Assembly (NCBI GenBank): GCA_943350765.1 | Contig: CALRAJ010000001.1 | Location: forward strand, 96,689 to 160,688 | Length of the DNA stretch: 64,000 nt | Source of the DNA: Candidatus Tayloriibacteriota bacterium | Lineage (GTDB): Bacteria > Patescibacteriota > Minisyncoccia > Phycocordibacterales > PALSA-1337 | Direction: 5' to 3' | In this document: in pieces, positions 20,444-30,046 of the stretch | How positions within the stretch are numbered: position 1 is the stretch's first letter | Layout of the letters: every line of letters starts with the position of its first letter | Translations under genes and position numbers: made by a program | Notes under the pieces: generated by a model | The model's input: the letters and a program-made list of their open reading frames with translations, nothing else | The model's database searches: none | Told to the model about the DNA's origin: nothing

Positions 20444-20917
20444 CTACAAAAGCTCTGTGGTCAAGTCGATTACCTTTTGCCAGTCTGGTACCCCAGATAC
20501 AACATAGGGACTATCTGACAGACAGAGTATCCGACCACAGGTGGTACTACCGACGATTTCAAGTTCATGGATAACCGACCTGACAATAGATGATACTGTG
20601 TCATCCACCATAATATTTTGCACATCCACGAGTACAACACTTTTTCCAAGCGTAATAGCTAAACCGGTTGTGGATAGCCCTTTGATACGGCAATCAAATA
20701 CAGGATCAGTTTGAGGGCTTGGGATAAAGTCCGAACTGGGTTTGAGAAGTGTGACTATCAAAAGACCGATAGAAGCAGTATGATCTTTTAATAGCCTTGC
20801 GGCAACAATCTTACTACATGTGAGATGTAGATGTTCGTAATGAGTACTAGGAAAAGCTTGTATTGCGAGCCTAAGATCGGAAGGTCTAGCAAGTATCAGA
20901 ATGTTTGGTTTAGGCAT
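20444..20917 (-). CDS. Hypothetical protein (orphan cassette)
   Basis: 157-aa ORF with own promoter (TTGCAT-17-TTTAAT, 20987-20959), boxA-like GCTCTTCAAAA and terminator. Confidence 0.6.
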   Translation of the reverse strand: MPKPNILILARPSDLRLAIQAFPSTHYEHLHLTCSKIVAARLLKDHTASIGLLIVTLLKPSSDFIPSPQTDPVFDCRIKGLSTTGLAITLGKSVVLVDVQNIMVDDTVSSIVRSVIHELEIVGSTTCGRILCLSDSPYVVSGVPDWQKVIDLTTELL

Positions 20918-21033
20918 ATTTTGACTTAAAGCTAGGGTTTTTGAAGAGCGTTTACTCTATTAAACCATAAGTTATGTCTTTATGCAAATTGTTTCAGTTT
21001 GCTTGATATAGTTATCCACGATATAATAATTAT

Positions 21034-22068
21034 ATGAATCATCAAAAAGGACAGCTCTACTTTCTCGGGGTACTTGGCTTAATAGCAGTAGTAGTAAATA
21101 TATTTATTTTTCTACCATTTCTCATGGTTATAGTTGTTTCTGCAATGTTTGCAGTGATCCTCACTCCACTGTACGATAGGCTAGAGCGGTTATTTTTAGG
21201 TAGAAAGACTCTTGCCTCGTTGGCAGTGATACTTATTGTAGCAGTAGCCATTATTGTACCTTTTGTGATTATTGCTCATCAGGTTTTTGCAGATGCCATG
21301 AGCCTCTACGCAAACATGCGAGATGGTGGGGTAGACGGATTATCAGTTACTATCAGCAAAATCGAGGCTCCAATACAGGAATTTTTCCCAAATTTCTCAA
21401 TCGATTTACAAAAATACGCATCATTTTTTGTAACATTTGTAACAAACAATTTTGGCAAGGTTTTTTCAAGCACAGCTTTTGGAGTATTCAATGTGTTCAT
21501 CGGTATCTTGATGCTATTTTATTTCCTAAAAGATGGTTCCAAGTTCAAAAAGGAAATTATGCGTTTGAGTCCGCTCGCCGATAAATACGATGGGGAAATA
21601 CTTTCTCACCTAGCACTAGCTATAAACTCGGTAGTCAAAGGCTCACTTTTAGTAGCACTAGTCCAAGGTATCTTTACTGGTATAGGTCTAGCATTTTTCG
21701 GTGTACCAAACCCCACTATGTGGGCGACCATCGCTGGTGTCGCTGCACTAGTACCAGGACTCGGTACAGCTTTTGTCACACTACCAGCAGTAATATTTCT
21801 TTTTATAACTGGTAATACTGGCTCATCGATAGGGCTTTTAGTCTGGGGAATATTTGCTGTAGGTCTTATAGATAACCTTCTCCTGCCAATGCTCCTTAAA
21901 AAGGATTTTAATATCCACCCAATGTTAATACTTCTATCTGTCCTCGGTGGTATTTCATTCTTTGGACCATTGGGTTTTCTTGTTGGTCCACTAGTACTCA
22001 GCCTGCTTTTTACCCTAGGTGATGTATACAAAATGATGGTGTCTCGTGGTGTAGCCAAAGACGAATAG
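21034..22068 (+). CDS. AI-2E family transporter
   Basis: Multi-TM; FYFLKDG, VALVQG, IDNLLLP, IHP.LILLSVLGG...FGPLGFLVGP. Confidence 0.92.
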   Translation: MNHQKGQLYFLGVLGLIAVVVNIFIFLPFLMVIVVSAMFAVILTPLYDRLERLFLGRKTLASLAVILIVAVAIIVPFVIIAHQVFADAMSLYANMRDGGVDGLSVTISKIEAPIQEFFPNFSIDLQKYASFFVTFVTNNFGKVFSSTAFGVFNVFIGILMLFYFLKDGSKFKKEIMRLSPLADKYDGEILSHLALAINSVVKGSLLVALVQGIFTGIGLAFFGVPNPTMWATIAGVAALVPGLGTAFVTLPAVIFLFITGNTGSSIGLLVWGIFAVGLIDNLLLPMLLKKDFNIHPMLILLSVLGGISFFGPLGFLVGPLVLSLLFTLGDVYKMMVSRGVAKDE

Positions 22069-22086
22069 TTTTCTATCATATAAATA

Positions 22087-22503
22087 ATGCCTACCAGCCC
22101 TCGTTATGAAAAAGTGTTTTTAATACTGATCGTCATTATTTTTTCAGTGGTGGCATTTTATGCTGTATCAAATAATAGGCGAGTGGCAACTGGTGTGATG
22201 CCTGTAAAAATCGGTTTTATTTCTGCTCTGGGTAATGTAGGTGATAATAGTGGTGAGGAGGAACTCAAAGCCGTCCAGCTAGCAGTAGATGAAATAAACA
22301 AAAATGGTGGGGTAGACGGTCGGCAGATAGATCTAGTAGCGGAGAGCATACCTGCTTTTGATAAAAAAATATCCACGACCACCTCGGAGTACCGACGCTT
22401 TGAGGCTCGGTTTAAGGTGCGTTTTGGTAGATTACCACATGCTCCAGCTACTATTAGGGCATATGATGCGGTGTATAGGATTGTGGAGACGATGGGGAAG
22501 TAG
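22087..22503 (+). CDS. Short ABC branched-chain-type substrate-binding fragment
   Basis: VKIGFISAL.G, VQLAVDEINKNGGVDGRQIDLVAE joined directly to C-terminal F..RF...P....AYDAVY. Confidence 0.6.
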   Translation: MPTSPRYEKVFLILIVIIFSVVAFYAVSNNRRVATGVMPVKIGFISALGNVGDNSGEEELKAVQLAVDEINKNGGVDGRQIDLVAESIPAFDKKISTTTSEYRRFEARFKVRFGRLPHAPATIRAYDAVYRIVETMGK

Positions 22504-22716
22504 CTTTTTTGAGATTTGTATTTATTAAATTACAAAATAGTGTCTAGTCATTACATGGCTCTGTTGAGGCCTATTTAGGATAAAATACCTTAAATATATG
22601 TGTAGTCAATACCGCTATTGACTTTTATGTCTGAGTATGCTAGTATTAGGGTAAAGGTGCTGTGCGTGTGCATAGTACCGTTCGTTGAGAAAACAATCAA
22701 AATAAGTGAGTCATTT

Positions 22717-24048
22717 ATGATCATGCGTCTGTTTTGGAGTGTGTTAACTGGTGTCATGCTCGGGGTTGCAGTAGTCGGTTTCCAGCAGTGGTGGCTACGG
22801 CGTTCAGGCACCACCATGCCTCGGTGGGCAAAGGTTTGCTCAGTACTGGCGTTGTTGGTTGGGTGTCTGTGTTTGTACTTTGCCATCAAGTCAATGATGT
22901 ATATGGCAACTCCAACTCCACCGTCATTGGCACTTCCTGTGCCGCCGGCTCCTCCCACAGTGCCATCTACACCGTCGCCGTTCGACTTAACCCCACCACC
23001 GTCGGCTCCTCCCTCACCGCCGTTTACACCGGCTCCGCCACTGGCTAAGCCTCCGTCGGATTTACCCCCGACTCAGCCGCAGGCGCCGTTGGCACCTCCC
23101 GCACCTCCTGTCGCTCCGCCTGCTCGCGTAAAAGCGACGCCGGCGGATAACCTTCAGTCGGCACTCGTAAAGGGGCTGATTGAGGAGCGAAAAGAGAGTG
23201 ACGCTCGAGCGATGGTTCTACTCGAAGCGGGGATCGCGAGCTCAAAAACGCAACAAGTCGTTGCCTTTGAGCTACTCCGCGGTGCAGCAGGTCGGCTGGA
23301 TGCCGAAGCGGTGAGGACTGGTTTCGCAACCAGCAACCTCCTTGCATTGCAAGCCTCGATGTTCGACCGACAAAGTCGGGTAGCGGGAAAGGTAGCGACC
23401 GCCAACGGCCTCATGGAAGGATTGGTGGAAGCACGAAAGGCGATGCTCGCTCAAAAGGCTGGGATGACGGTGGTGACGAATATCATCAACCTCAACCCCC
23501 ACATCACGGTGCAACCTGCATCAGTGATCCTGCCTCAGCAGCCAGCACCTCCGGCCTACAATCCGCCGGCCTTGCCCGCAGTTCCTGCGCCACTGACGCT
23601 CCCGAGCCTCTCTGGAGGATCCACGAGTGTGGTACCCAGACAGTCCGCTCCGCCACCCAGCATCTCAGGGTTTGAGCATGGCGTTTACGCCATCACCAAT
23701 CTACACACGAGACAGCTCTCGAAGGGATTGGCAGAGGTGCCTGTAGTCGGTGGTTTGTTCAATAACAAACCCCACTACGGTGGAAAGATCGTGAAAAGGC
23801 AATTCAGGTTGCTGGTAACGGCAAGCACTGAGAACGATATCGACCTTGCCCGTGAAGCCCTCAGGGACTTTACGGAAAAGGACAAAGAGACAAAGCTTCG
23901 GGACAACAACGATATCGTTGACCCTGGCAATCAAGACCAACAAGCTCGTCTCCAGAAGCTCTTTCTGGAAAGTCTTGTCGGTAAGTGGGCAAAGGTGAAA
24001 TCGATGGATCCGAAGCTCACCATGGTCGCTCTGACGGTCATTCCCTGA
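22717..24048 (+). CDS. Proline-rich membrane-anchored hypothetical protein (orphan cassette)
   Basis: Two N-terminal TM, two Pro-rich linkers, visibly higher GC. Start set to ATG 22717 because the track start overlaps the TTGACT-17-TAGTAT promoter (22618-22646). Confidence 0.75.
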   Translation: MIMRLFWSVLTGVMLGVAVVGFQQWWLRRSGTTMPRWAKVCSVLALLVGCLCLYFAIKSMMYMATPTPPSLALPVPPAPPTVPSTPSPFDLTPPPSAPPSPPFTPAPPLAKPPSDLPPTQPQAPLAPPAPPVAPPARVKATPADNLQSALVKGLIEERKESDARAMVLLEAGIASSKTQQVVAFELLRGAAGRLDAEAVRTGFATSNLLALQASMFDRQSRVAGKVATANGLMEGLVEARKAMLAQKAGMTVVTNIINLNPHITVQPASVILPQQPAPPAYNPPALPAVPAPLTLPSLSGGSTSVVPRQSAPPPSISGFEHGVYAITNLHTRQLSKGLAEVPVVGGLFNNKPHYGGKIVKRQFRLLVTASTENDIDLAREALRDFTEKDKETKLRDNNDIVDPGNQDQQARLQKLFLESLVGKWAKVKSMDPKLTMVALTVIP

Positions 24049-24067
24049 GGCTTCACAGCCTCGCACG

Positions 24068-24107
24068 GCACGCATTACACTCCGGTGTAAAGCGTGCTTT
24101 TTTATTT
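24068..24107 (+). terminator. Terminator
   Basis: gcacgc.ttacac-tccg-gtgtaa.gcgtgc followed by ttttttattt. Confidence 0.8.
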
Positions 24108-24182
24108 ATCACCATATCACCCCACAACATTCCTCGATATTTATAGTTATTTTTGTTATAATCGACAGACACAACATATCTA

Positions 24183-24316
24183 GAATTCATAAATACCGTC
24201 GCAAGCGTATCTTTTTGAAAGACTTCGCAAGGCGGGTAGCCGAGACTGAGAGATTTTCTAGCAAGAAAATACTCGTGCTTTCAAAAAGATATGCTAAGAA
24301 AGGCATTTAAGAATTC
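24183..24316 (+). repeat. Structured dispersed repeat, copy D
   Basis: Same loop and core; inner stem closes a-t instead of g-c (compensatory change). Confidence 0.9.
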
Positions 24317-24334
24317 AAAAAAAACAGATAAAAC

Positions 24335-24817
24335 ATGTACTACTCTATTTCTCTAATCATTTCCATCATTTTACTCTTACCAGCCATTTTTCTGGTCTTT
24401 GTACCCGTTTTTCCAGCTTTATGGTACATGTTTTTTATTACTTGTCTTTTTGCCTTTATAGATGGATTTACACATATCACACTCTCAGGTCTCGGCATTC
24501 TCGGAATAATAGTATTACTTTCTATGCTGATAGATACCCTAGCGGGAATAGTCGGTGCAAAATATAGCGGTGCTTCAAAAAAGTCTCTGATATACGGTTT
24601 TATAGGCGTCATTGTCGGTACTGCTTTATTTTTCCCATTTGGCGGTATACTAGGACTTTTCGGTGGAGTTTTACTAGGAGAGCTTTTACAGCAAAGGAGC
24701 AGTAGGGTAGCTCTCAAGTCGGCGACAGGAAGCGTCATTGGAACTTTTGCAGGAATGGTTATAAACTGTCTCCTAGCTATTACATTTCTGATACTTTTTT
24801 TAATTTTTGTGCTTTAA
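24335..24817 (+). CDS. DUF456-like membrane protein
   Basis: VPVFPAL, D.LAG..GAKY.GASK..L..G.IG. Confidence 0.8.
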   Translation: MYYSISLIISIILLLPAIFLVFVPVFPALWYMFFITCLFAFIDGFTHITLSGLGILGIIVLLSMLIDTLAGIVGAKYSGASKKSLIYGFIGVIVGTALFFPFGGILGLFGGVLLGELLQQRSSRVALKSATGSVIGTFAGMVINCLLAITFLILFLIFVL

Positions 24818-24827
24818 AGACTGACTT

Positions 24828-25826
24828 ATGAATAATCAGATAAAAACAAAGTTAGCTACAAAATACCTATACGCTATTTTTGCGGTAATTATCATTTTTG
24901 CTGGCATCTTTTTTATTCTAAATAGTAAAAATGACCCCATATTATCAGCACCAAACATAGACATAGATCAAACAAAATCCTTATCCGCGATTACAGACAC
25001 ACTGATTTTACCTAGAAAAGCCCGTGCGGATTTTCAATCTATCATTTCTACAATAGAGCAGGAAAAATCATTTGAATCAGCTATGGTAAAGGACAACGAA
25101 ACTACCCTCGATAATTTCCCCGAGATAAATAATGATTACTTTACTAAAATAATGAGCGTGCTGGATGTATTACCGACAGATGGTGCAAAAAGCTTTTGTT
25201 CAAAATTACCAGAATATTCTGATTTAGTAAATGCTCGGATAGAAGAAACTAAGGGAAAAATAGACACCTTACTAGATAAAGATCTAGGTACTTCTGATAC
25301 TTTAGAAATCTCAGTCAAAAACAAAAAGATTCGTAATAGGGAACTGCGTAATAGCCAAATCGAAACCTATTTTTCTCGTATCGAAAGTGTGGTCGCCACC
25401 AGCACCATGGTAGAATTTGAAAATATACATACAGATATTCTGAAAAAGCTTTCTGAAACTCGAAAGGGAACGGATACAGCTACTCAAGCGATGGATATGG
25501 GTGTGCGAGATATTCTAGTGGTATATCAAAAAGGTATCGATTCTATTTTTTCAACATTCGCTACGCTTATCTCAAATAGTCTTACAGGTGCTAAAAATGA
25601 TTGTTCTGCAAAAGTCCCGTCGAATGTAGTCAGGCTAAGTACATATGCGAGCTTTACTGTATATAGGCAAAACTTTTCAAATTTGCTTAAAAAGTCTCAC
25701 TACCCAAAAGACGAGCTACAGAGACTACTATATGCGAGAAATGAAGCTCTAAAGTCAAATACGGCACTTATAGACACACTACAAAAGCAACTCCAACTAA
25801 TCCTTTCAGCTATTCCAAAAAAGTAA
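24828..25826 (+). CDS. Hypothetical membrane-anchored helical protein
   Basis: 332-aa ORF with single N-terminal TM. Confidence 0.65.
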   Translation: MNNQIKTKLATKYLYAIFAVIIIFAGIFFILNSKNDPILSAPNIDIDQTKSLSAITDTLILPRKARADFQSIISTIEQEKSFESAMVKDNETTLDNFPEINNDYFTKIMSVLDVLPTDGAKSFCSKLPEYSDLVNARIEETKGKIDTLLDKDLGTSDTLEISVKNKKIRNRELRNSQIETYFSRIESVVATSTMVEFENIHTDILKKLSETRKGTDTATQAMDMGVRDILVVYQKGIDSIFSTFATLISNSLTGAKNDCSAKVPSNVVRLSTYASFTVYRQNFSNLLKKSHYPKDELQRLLYARNEALKSNTALIDTLQKQLQLILSAIPKK

Positions 25827-25901
25827 GTAAATTGGCCCAAATTACAAAACACCACCACAAGTATTTTATAATTTTACTTAAAATGCTATAGTATTTCTGC
25901 T

Positions 25902-26792
25902 ATGGACAAAGGCAAATACACGATAATTCTATTTTATAAATATACCCAAATCGATGACCCTACAGCACTGATGACCGAGCAAAAGGCCATCTGTACCAAA
26001 CTCGGCATGACTGGACGAGGAATTATTGCTCGTGAGGGTATAAATATGACATTCGAGGGTACAAATAAAAACATTGATGCTTATTGCAAAGCTTTACTTG
26101 CCGATCCTCGTTTTGCCAGTACTCATATCAAAAAAAGTGAGGGTACAGGGAAGGCGTTTCCCAAGCTTTCTATAAAAGTACGGGAGGAAATAGTAACCCT
26201 CGGCCTAGGTAATGCTGATTTTAACCCCACCGAGATGACGGGTAAACATCTTCCACCAGAGGAGCTTTATAAGTGGCTAGCTGAAGGTAAAGAGTTTGAG
26301 ATTGTAGATATGCGTAACGACTATGAGCATGCCATCGGGCATTTCAAAAACTCTATCCTACCACCACTTGAAAACTTTCGAGATTTGCCAAAAATACTGC
26401 CGACGCTGGAGCCATTAAAAGATAAAACGGTTTTAACAGTCTGTACTGGCGGTGTTCGTTGCGAAAAGGCCTCAGGATATCTTTTGAAGCAGGGTTTCAA
26501 GGATGTCTACCAGCTCGACGGAGGTATTGTGAGCTATATGGAAAAATACAAGAACGACGACTTTCAGGGCAAGCTTTATGTATTTGATGAGCGGGTAGCG
26601 ATGACCTTTACTCCAGACGAAAAACGCACGGTAATCGGGAAGTGTTTCAAATGCGCCTCATCTTCAGAAAATTATGTAAACTGTGCTTATTTGATGTGTC
26701 ATCGTCATTTTATTTGTTGTGAAGACTGTTTATCATCATCTGGTCAGGCATTTTGTGAAGAAAAATGCGAGAAAGTTTTTGTCAAAGTGTAG
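25902..26792 (+). CDS. trhO: Rhodanese-domain tRNA uridine(34) hydroxylase TrhO (UPF0176)
   Basis: LFYKY, GR.IIAREGIN, FPKLSIKVREEIV, DMRNDYE..IGHF, CTGGVRCEK, LYVFDER. Confidence 0.9.
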   Translation: MDKGKYTIILFYKYTQIDDPTALMTEQKAICTKLGMTGRGIIAREGINMTFEGTNKNIDAYCKALLADPRFASTHIKKSEGTGKAFPKLSIKVREEIVTLGLGNADFNPTEMTGKHLPPEELYKWLAEGKEFEIVDMRNDYEHAIGHFKNSILPPLENFRDLPKILPTLEPLKDKTVLTVCTGGVRCEKASGYLLKQGFKDVYQLDGGIVSYMEKYKNDDFQGKLYVFDERVAMTFTPDEKRTVIGKCFKCASSSENYVNCAYLMCHRHFICCEDCLSSSGQAFCEEKCEKVFVKV

Positions 26793-26949
26793 TTTGGCAG
26801 ACCGACTATTTTAATTCAAAAAACACCAAAACTCTGTCCCAAACGGTGGCTCTACTGTGTACGACATTTCTGGGGTATTGTCAAGCATTTTAGCCTTATT
26901 TTGAGCCATTTTATGGTGTTTGACATACCCATTTTTATATTGTAAATCA

Positions 26950-26978
26950 TTGACAAAAGTAAAGGAAGGTGCTATAAT
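26950..26978 (+). promoter_or_regulatory. Consensus sigma70 promoter
   Basis: TTGACA-17-TATAAT with extended TG. Confidence 0.8.
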
Positions 26979-27025
26979 GGATACACATCAGATTTAGGTC
27001 TGGTGTTTTCATTTTAAACACTTAT

Positions 27026-27496
27026 ATGATTGAATTAACTACAAGTCTAATGATGCTTATGTCTGTGATGTATGCAGGCTCTGGAACAACTCTAGATACT
27101 GCTCTACCTATCCAAACAAAAGCTGAAATTGTTGTAAAGGAACAGATTGTTACCCCTGGGCGGACTACTGTTGCTAACCTCGAAGCCTATGTTCGTGAAT
27201 ACTACAAAGATATCCCTATATTGGCTGAGGTATCGAAATGCGAATCAAGATTTATCCAATTTAGTAAAAACGGTAATGTGATGCGTGGGTTTGAAAATCC
27301 AGATGATGTCGGTCTAATGCAGATCAATGAATACTATCACGCAGAGACGGCAAAAAAGCTTGGTTATAAGATCCACACTGTCGAAGGAAACCTTGCATTT
27401 GCTAAGTACCTCTATGACAAAAAGGGGACAGCCCCTTGGTCAGCTTCATCTCCATGTTGGGGAAAAAAGGTGGGAGCTCAGGTAGCGATACGATAA
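27026..27496 (+). CDS. Lytic transglycosylase/lysozyme-like secreted protein
   Basis: Catalytic-type CES motif, GLMQIN, N...A.YLY...G..PW. Confidence 0.75.
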   Translation: MIELTTSLMMLMSVMYAGSGTTLDTALPIQTKAEIVVKEQIVTPGRTTVANLEAYVREYYKDIPILAEVSKCESRFIQFSKNGNVMRGFENPDDVGLMQINEYYHAETAKKLGYKIHTVEGNLAFAKYLYDKKGTAPWSASSPCWGKKVGAQVAIR

Positions 27497-27506
27497 TAAC
27501 AAAACA

Positions 27507-27539
27507 AAAAACCACCACATTAAAATGTGGTGGTTTTTT
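27507..27539 (+). terminator. Terminator
   Basis: aaaaccaccacatt-aa-aatgtggtggtttttt. Confidence 0.75.
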
Positions 27540-27580
27540 GTATTATGACATATGACATGTCTTGGTATATAGTTATATAT

Positions 27581-28006
27581 ATGATTTACGATAAAAGACC
27601 GAAAGATTTTTCTCTCAAATTTCAGGTTGTAAGTTGCTATATAGAGTATCAAGGTACTTTGCTATTTCTTCATCGTTCGATACATAAGTCACATGGAGGG
27701 ATGTGGGGTGTGCCAGCAGGCAAGGTAGAGGGTGGCGAGACCAACGATGATGCTATGGTACGCGAAATAGTGGAAGAGACAGGATTAAGTATAGATAAAA
27801 ATAGCCTAAACTTTTTAAAAAGTATTTTTGTAAGGCATTCTGGTTATGACTTTATATACCATATGTATAAACTTGAAATAAATGAAATTCCAAAAATTAA
27901 GATAAATTCTACCGAACATCAGGATTATAAATGGGCGACCCCGCAGGAAGCATTATCACTTGATCTTGTTACAGACCTGGACGAGTGTATCAAGATGTAC
28001 TACTAG
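27581..28006 (+). CDS. NUDIX hydrolase
   Basis: WGVPAGKVEGGETNDDAMVREIVEETGL Nudix box. Start set at MIYDK. Confidence 0.9.
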   Translation: MIYDKRPKDFSLKFQVVSCYIEYQGTLLFLHRSIHKSHGGMWGVPAGKVEGGETNDDAMVREIVEETGLSIDKNSLNFLKSIFVRHSGYDFIYHMYKLEINEIPKIKINSTEHQDYKWATPQEALSLDLVTDLDECIKMYY

Positions 28007-28145
28007 GGAAGGCCCAGCGGGAGATCTTACGAGCATAATTATCTCCAAGGCAGAGCATGTCGCACAATATATCTTTTAGACATATATAGTAGTATCAAGC
28101 CTGAAGTGTTTTGTGTGAACATTATGACGACTCGAATGTACATAC

Positions 28146-28391
28146 CTACACAACCTTAGACCAGACCAATCGTATAAAAAGATTCCAAAGATAACTCACA
28201 GGTCTAGCTAGATAGTTTTCATACACTCCTACCACAAGATCCTTCATATAGACTAGATTTTTATGTACTGTGGGCGAATCAATAATCTTTTGTAAATCAA
28301 AACCAAAATAACCCAAGACTATCAATGCTACGACGATTATGATGATTAGCTTAATAAAACCAGCCTCTCGAACCTTATGTGTGTGTACCAT
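28146..28391 (-). CDS. Small hypothetical membrane protein
   Basis: GFIKLIIIIVVALIVLGYFGFDL hydrophobic N-terminus. Confidence 0.65.
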   Translation of the reverse strand: MVHTHKVREAGFIKLIIIIVVALIVLGYFGFDLQKIIDSPTVHKNLVYMKDLVVGVYENYLARPVSYLWNLFIRLVWSKVV

Positions 28392-28437
28392 ATCACCTAA
28401 TAATACTAAATCTAGCTCAAAATACTAGCCTACACAG

Positions 28438-28720
28438 CAAATTACTAAATGCGTTGAAGGCATATCTTTTAAATGGACTTCGCAGGTCGACGAGCGAAGG
28501 CGAGGAAGATACTGTAGCTACCAAGATACATGTGCATGGGTAGCCCCGCCATTCGTGAGTATACTACGGCGTGGCACGCGAGATTTCAGGAAAAAATTAC
28601 CAAATTTTTATCCGTACCCCGTCTACAGGTGTCTATCCATAACTGATAGACCTTTAAAAGATATGCCAAGAAAGGTCGATCGTTTGTGATCGACACCTGT
28701 AGACGGTATTTTGTAATTTG
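28438..28720 (+). repeat. Structured dispersed repeat, copy E (expanded by nested modules)
   Basis: Same skeleton as copies A-D with several inserted modules, one of which recurs at 37982-38016. Confidence 0.8.
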
Positions 28721-28726
28721 GGGTAT

Positions 28727-30046
28727 TTATAAAAAAGAAATCGGATTCTGATATGCATCTAGACTAGCACTCGGGACTGCAACCGAGCTACAGTACTTAC
28801 TATTAGGATTTTTTAGTATTCTAACACCTTCTGTGGCGAGTACTCCAAAATGTAAATGTGGTCCAAATGAGTAGCCAGTATTACCACTGTAGCCAATAAC
28901 ATCACCCGTAGTGACAGCCTGACCGACTTGAACACTCACTAGCGACAAATGTCCGTAAACTGTCGAAAGACCGTTTGGATGCTCAACCAGTACCCAGTTA
29001 CCATACGAGTAGCAACCTTTGGCTAGGTCAGTATTTCCTGTACCTTTTACTACCCCGCCGAGTGCAGTTTTTACTCTAGTACCTACTGATGCCCTTAGAT
29101 CAATGCCGTTATGCCCTCTACCACCGTATGGATTATTTGCCACAACAAATTCTGTATTTCCATAATATTGAGTCACAAAAACTTTATCCAATGGCCACGA
29201 AAGCGCCTTTGAACCCACAGATGGAATATCATTTAAGTTTATAGCTATACGAAGTTCTGATTCATATTGAAAGAGTTCTCTAGCGTATTCATCATGTTTT
29301 GCCTTTTTCTCTGCAAGAAGCTTTTTATAGCTATCTTCCTGATTTTTTGTTTCTGCAAGAAGCTTATTCTTTTCCTTTTTATTTTCTTCTAGAACACGGA
29401 CTTGATACTTGAATTCTGATCTTAGGGTGACCAGCTCTCTGTTTTTTGCTTCAATTTCTTTTTTATTACCCTCCAAACCTCGTTTGGTAATCTTTAGATT
29501 ATCCACCAAATCAGTAATCCCCTGTTGTATCTTTAGTAAAGAATACACCTCATCTGATCCACTCGAGATAGACTCTTGTAATAAAAAAGTTTCTATTATT
29601 GAAGTGGAATCCTTCCTGTAAATACTTTGAAAAGATTTTTTAATTATTTTTCTATTCTCGATTATAGAGTCATCTTTTATACCGATCTGGATACCCAATC
29701 TTTGTACCTCAAGATTTGTGGTTTTAATTTTATTCTCGGTCAGGGCTACAGACGCTTCGATCTTTTTTCGAGATATATCAAGAGAAAGTATTGTATTTGA
29801 AAGTGTATTGGCACTTTTACTCAAAACATCTATTTGATCTTGGTAGCGGGCAATCTCTTTTTCCAATTCGGTCCGTTTACTTTGTGTCTCAGTAATCGAG
29901 CTTCTAAGCTCGTCAACAGATTTTGCACCATATGTCTGTATAGGCATCAAAGATAATAAACCGCAAAAAGATATTATTAAAAAAGTTAGAGGTAAAAAAA
30001 CCTTTACAAAGCCACGGCTATTTTTTAATAAGAATATCTCGTGCAT
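28727..30046 (-). CDS. M23 family peptidase with coiled-coil (EnvC/CwlO-like)
   Basis: HNGID, YGNWVLVEH, YGHL, GNTGYSFGPHLHF. Confidence 0.92.
   Translation of the reverse strand: MHEIFLLKNSRGFVKVFLPLTFLIISFCGLLSLMPIQTYGAKSVDELRSSITETQSKRTELEKEIARYQDQIDVLSKSANTLSNTILSLDISRKKIEASVALTENKIKTTNLEVQRLGIQIGIKDDSIIENRKIIKKSFQSIYRKDSTSIIETFLLQESISSGSDEVYSLLKIQQGITDLVDNLKITKRGLEGNKKEIEAKNRELVTLRSEFKYQVRVLEENKKEKNKLLAETKNQEDSYKKLLAEKKAKHDEYARELFQYESELRIAINLNDIPSVGSKALSWPLDKVFVTQYYGNTEFVVANNPYGGRGHNGIDLRASVGTRVKTALGGVVKGTGNTDLAKGCYSYGNWVLVEHPNGLSTVYGHLSLVSVQVGQAVTTGDVIGYSGNTGYSFGPHLHFGVLATEGVRILKNPNSKYCSSVAVPSASLDAYQNPISFL

Noticed and set aside
22900-23660. Pro-rich region as a DNA tandem repeat or overlapping antisense genes
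   Set aside because: Codon third positions vary with no nucleotide periodicity; antisense ORFs are expected shadows of a GC-rich low-complexity gene
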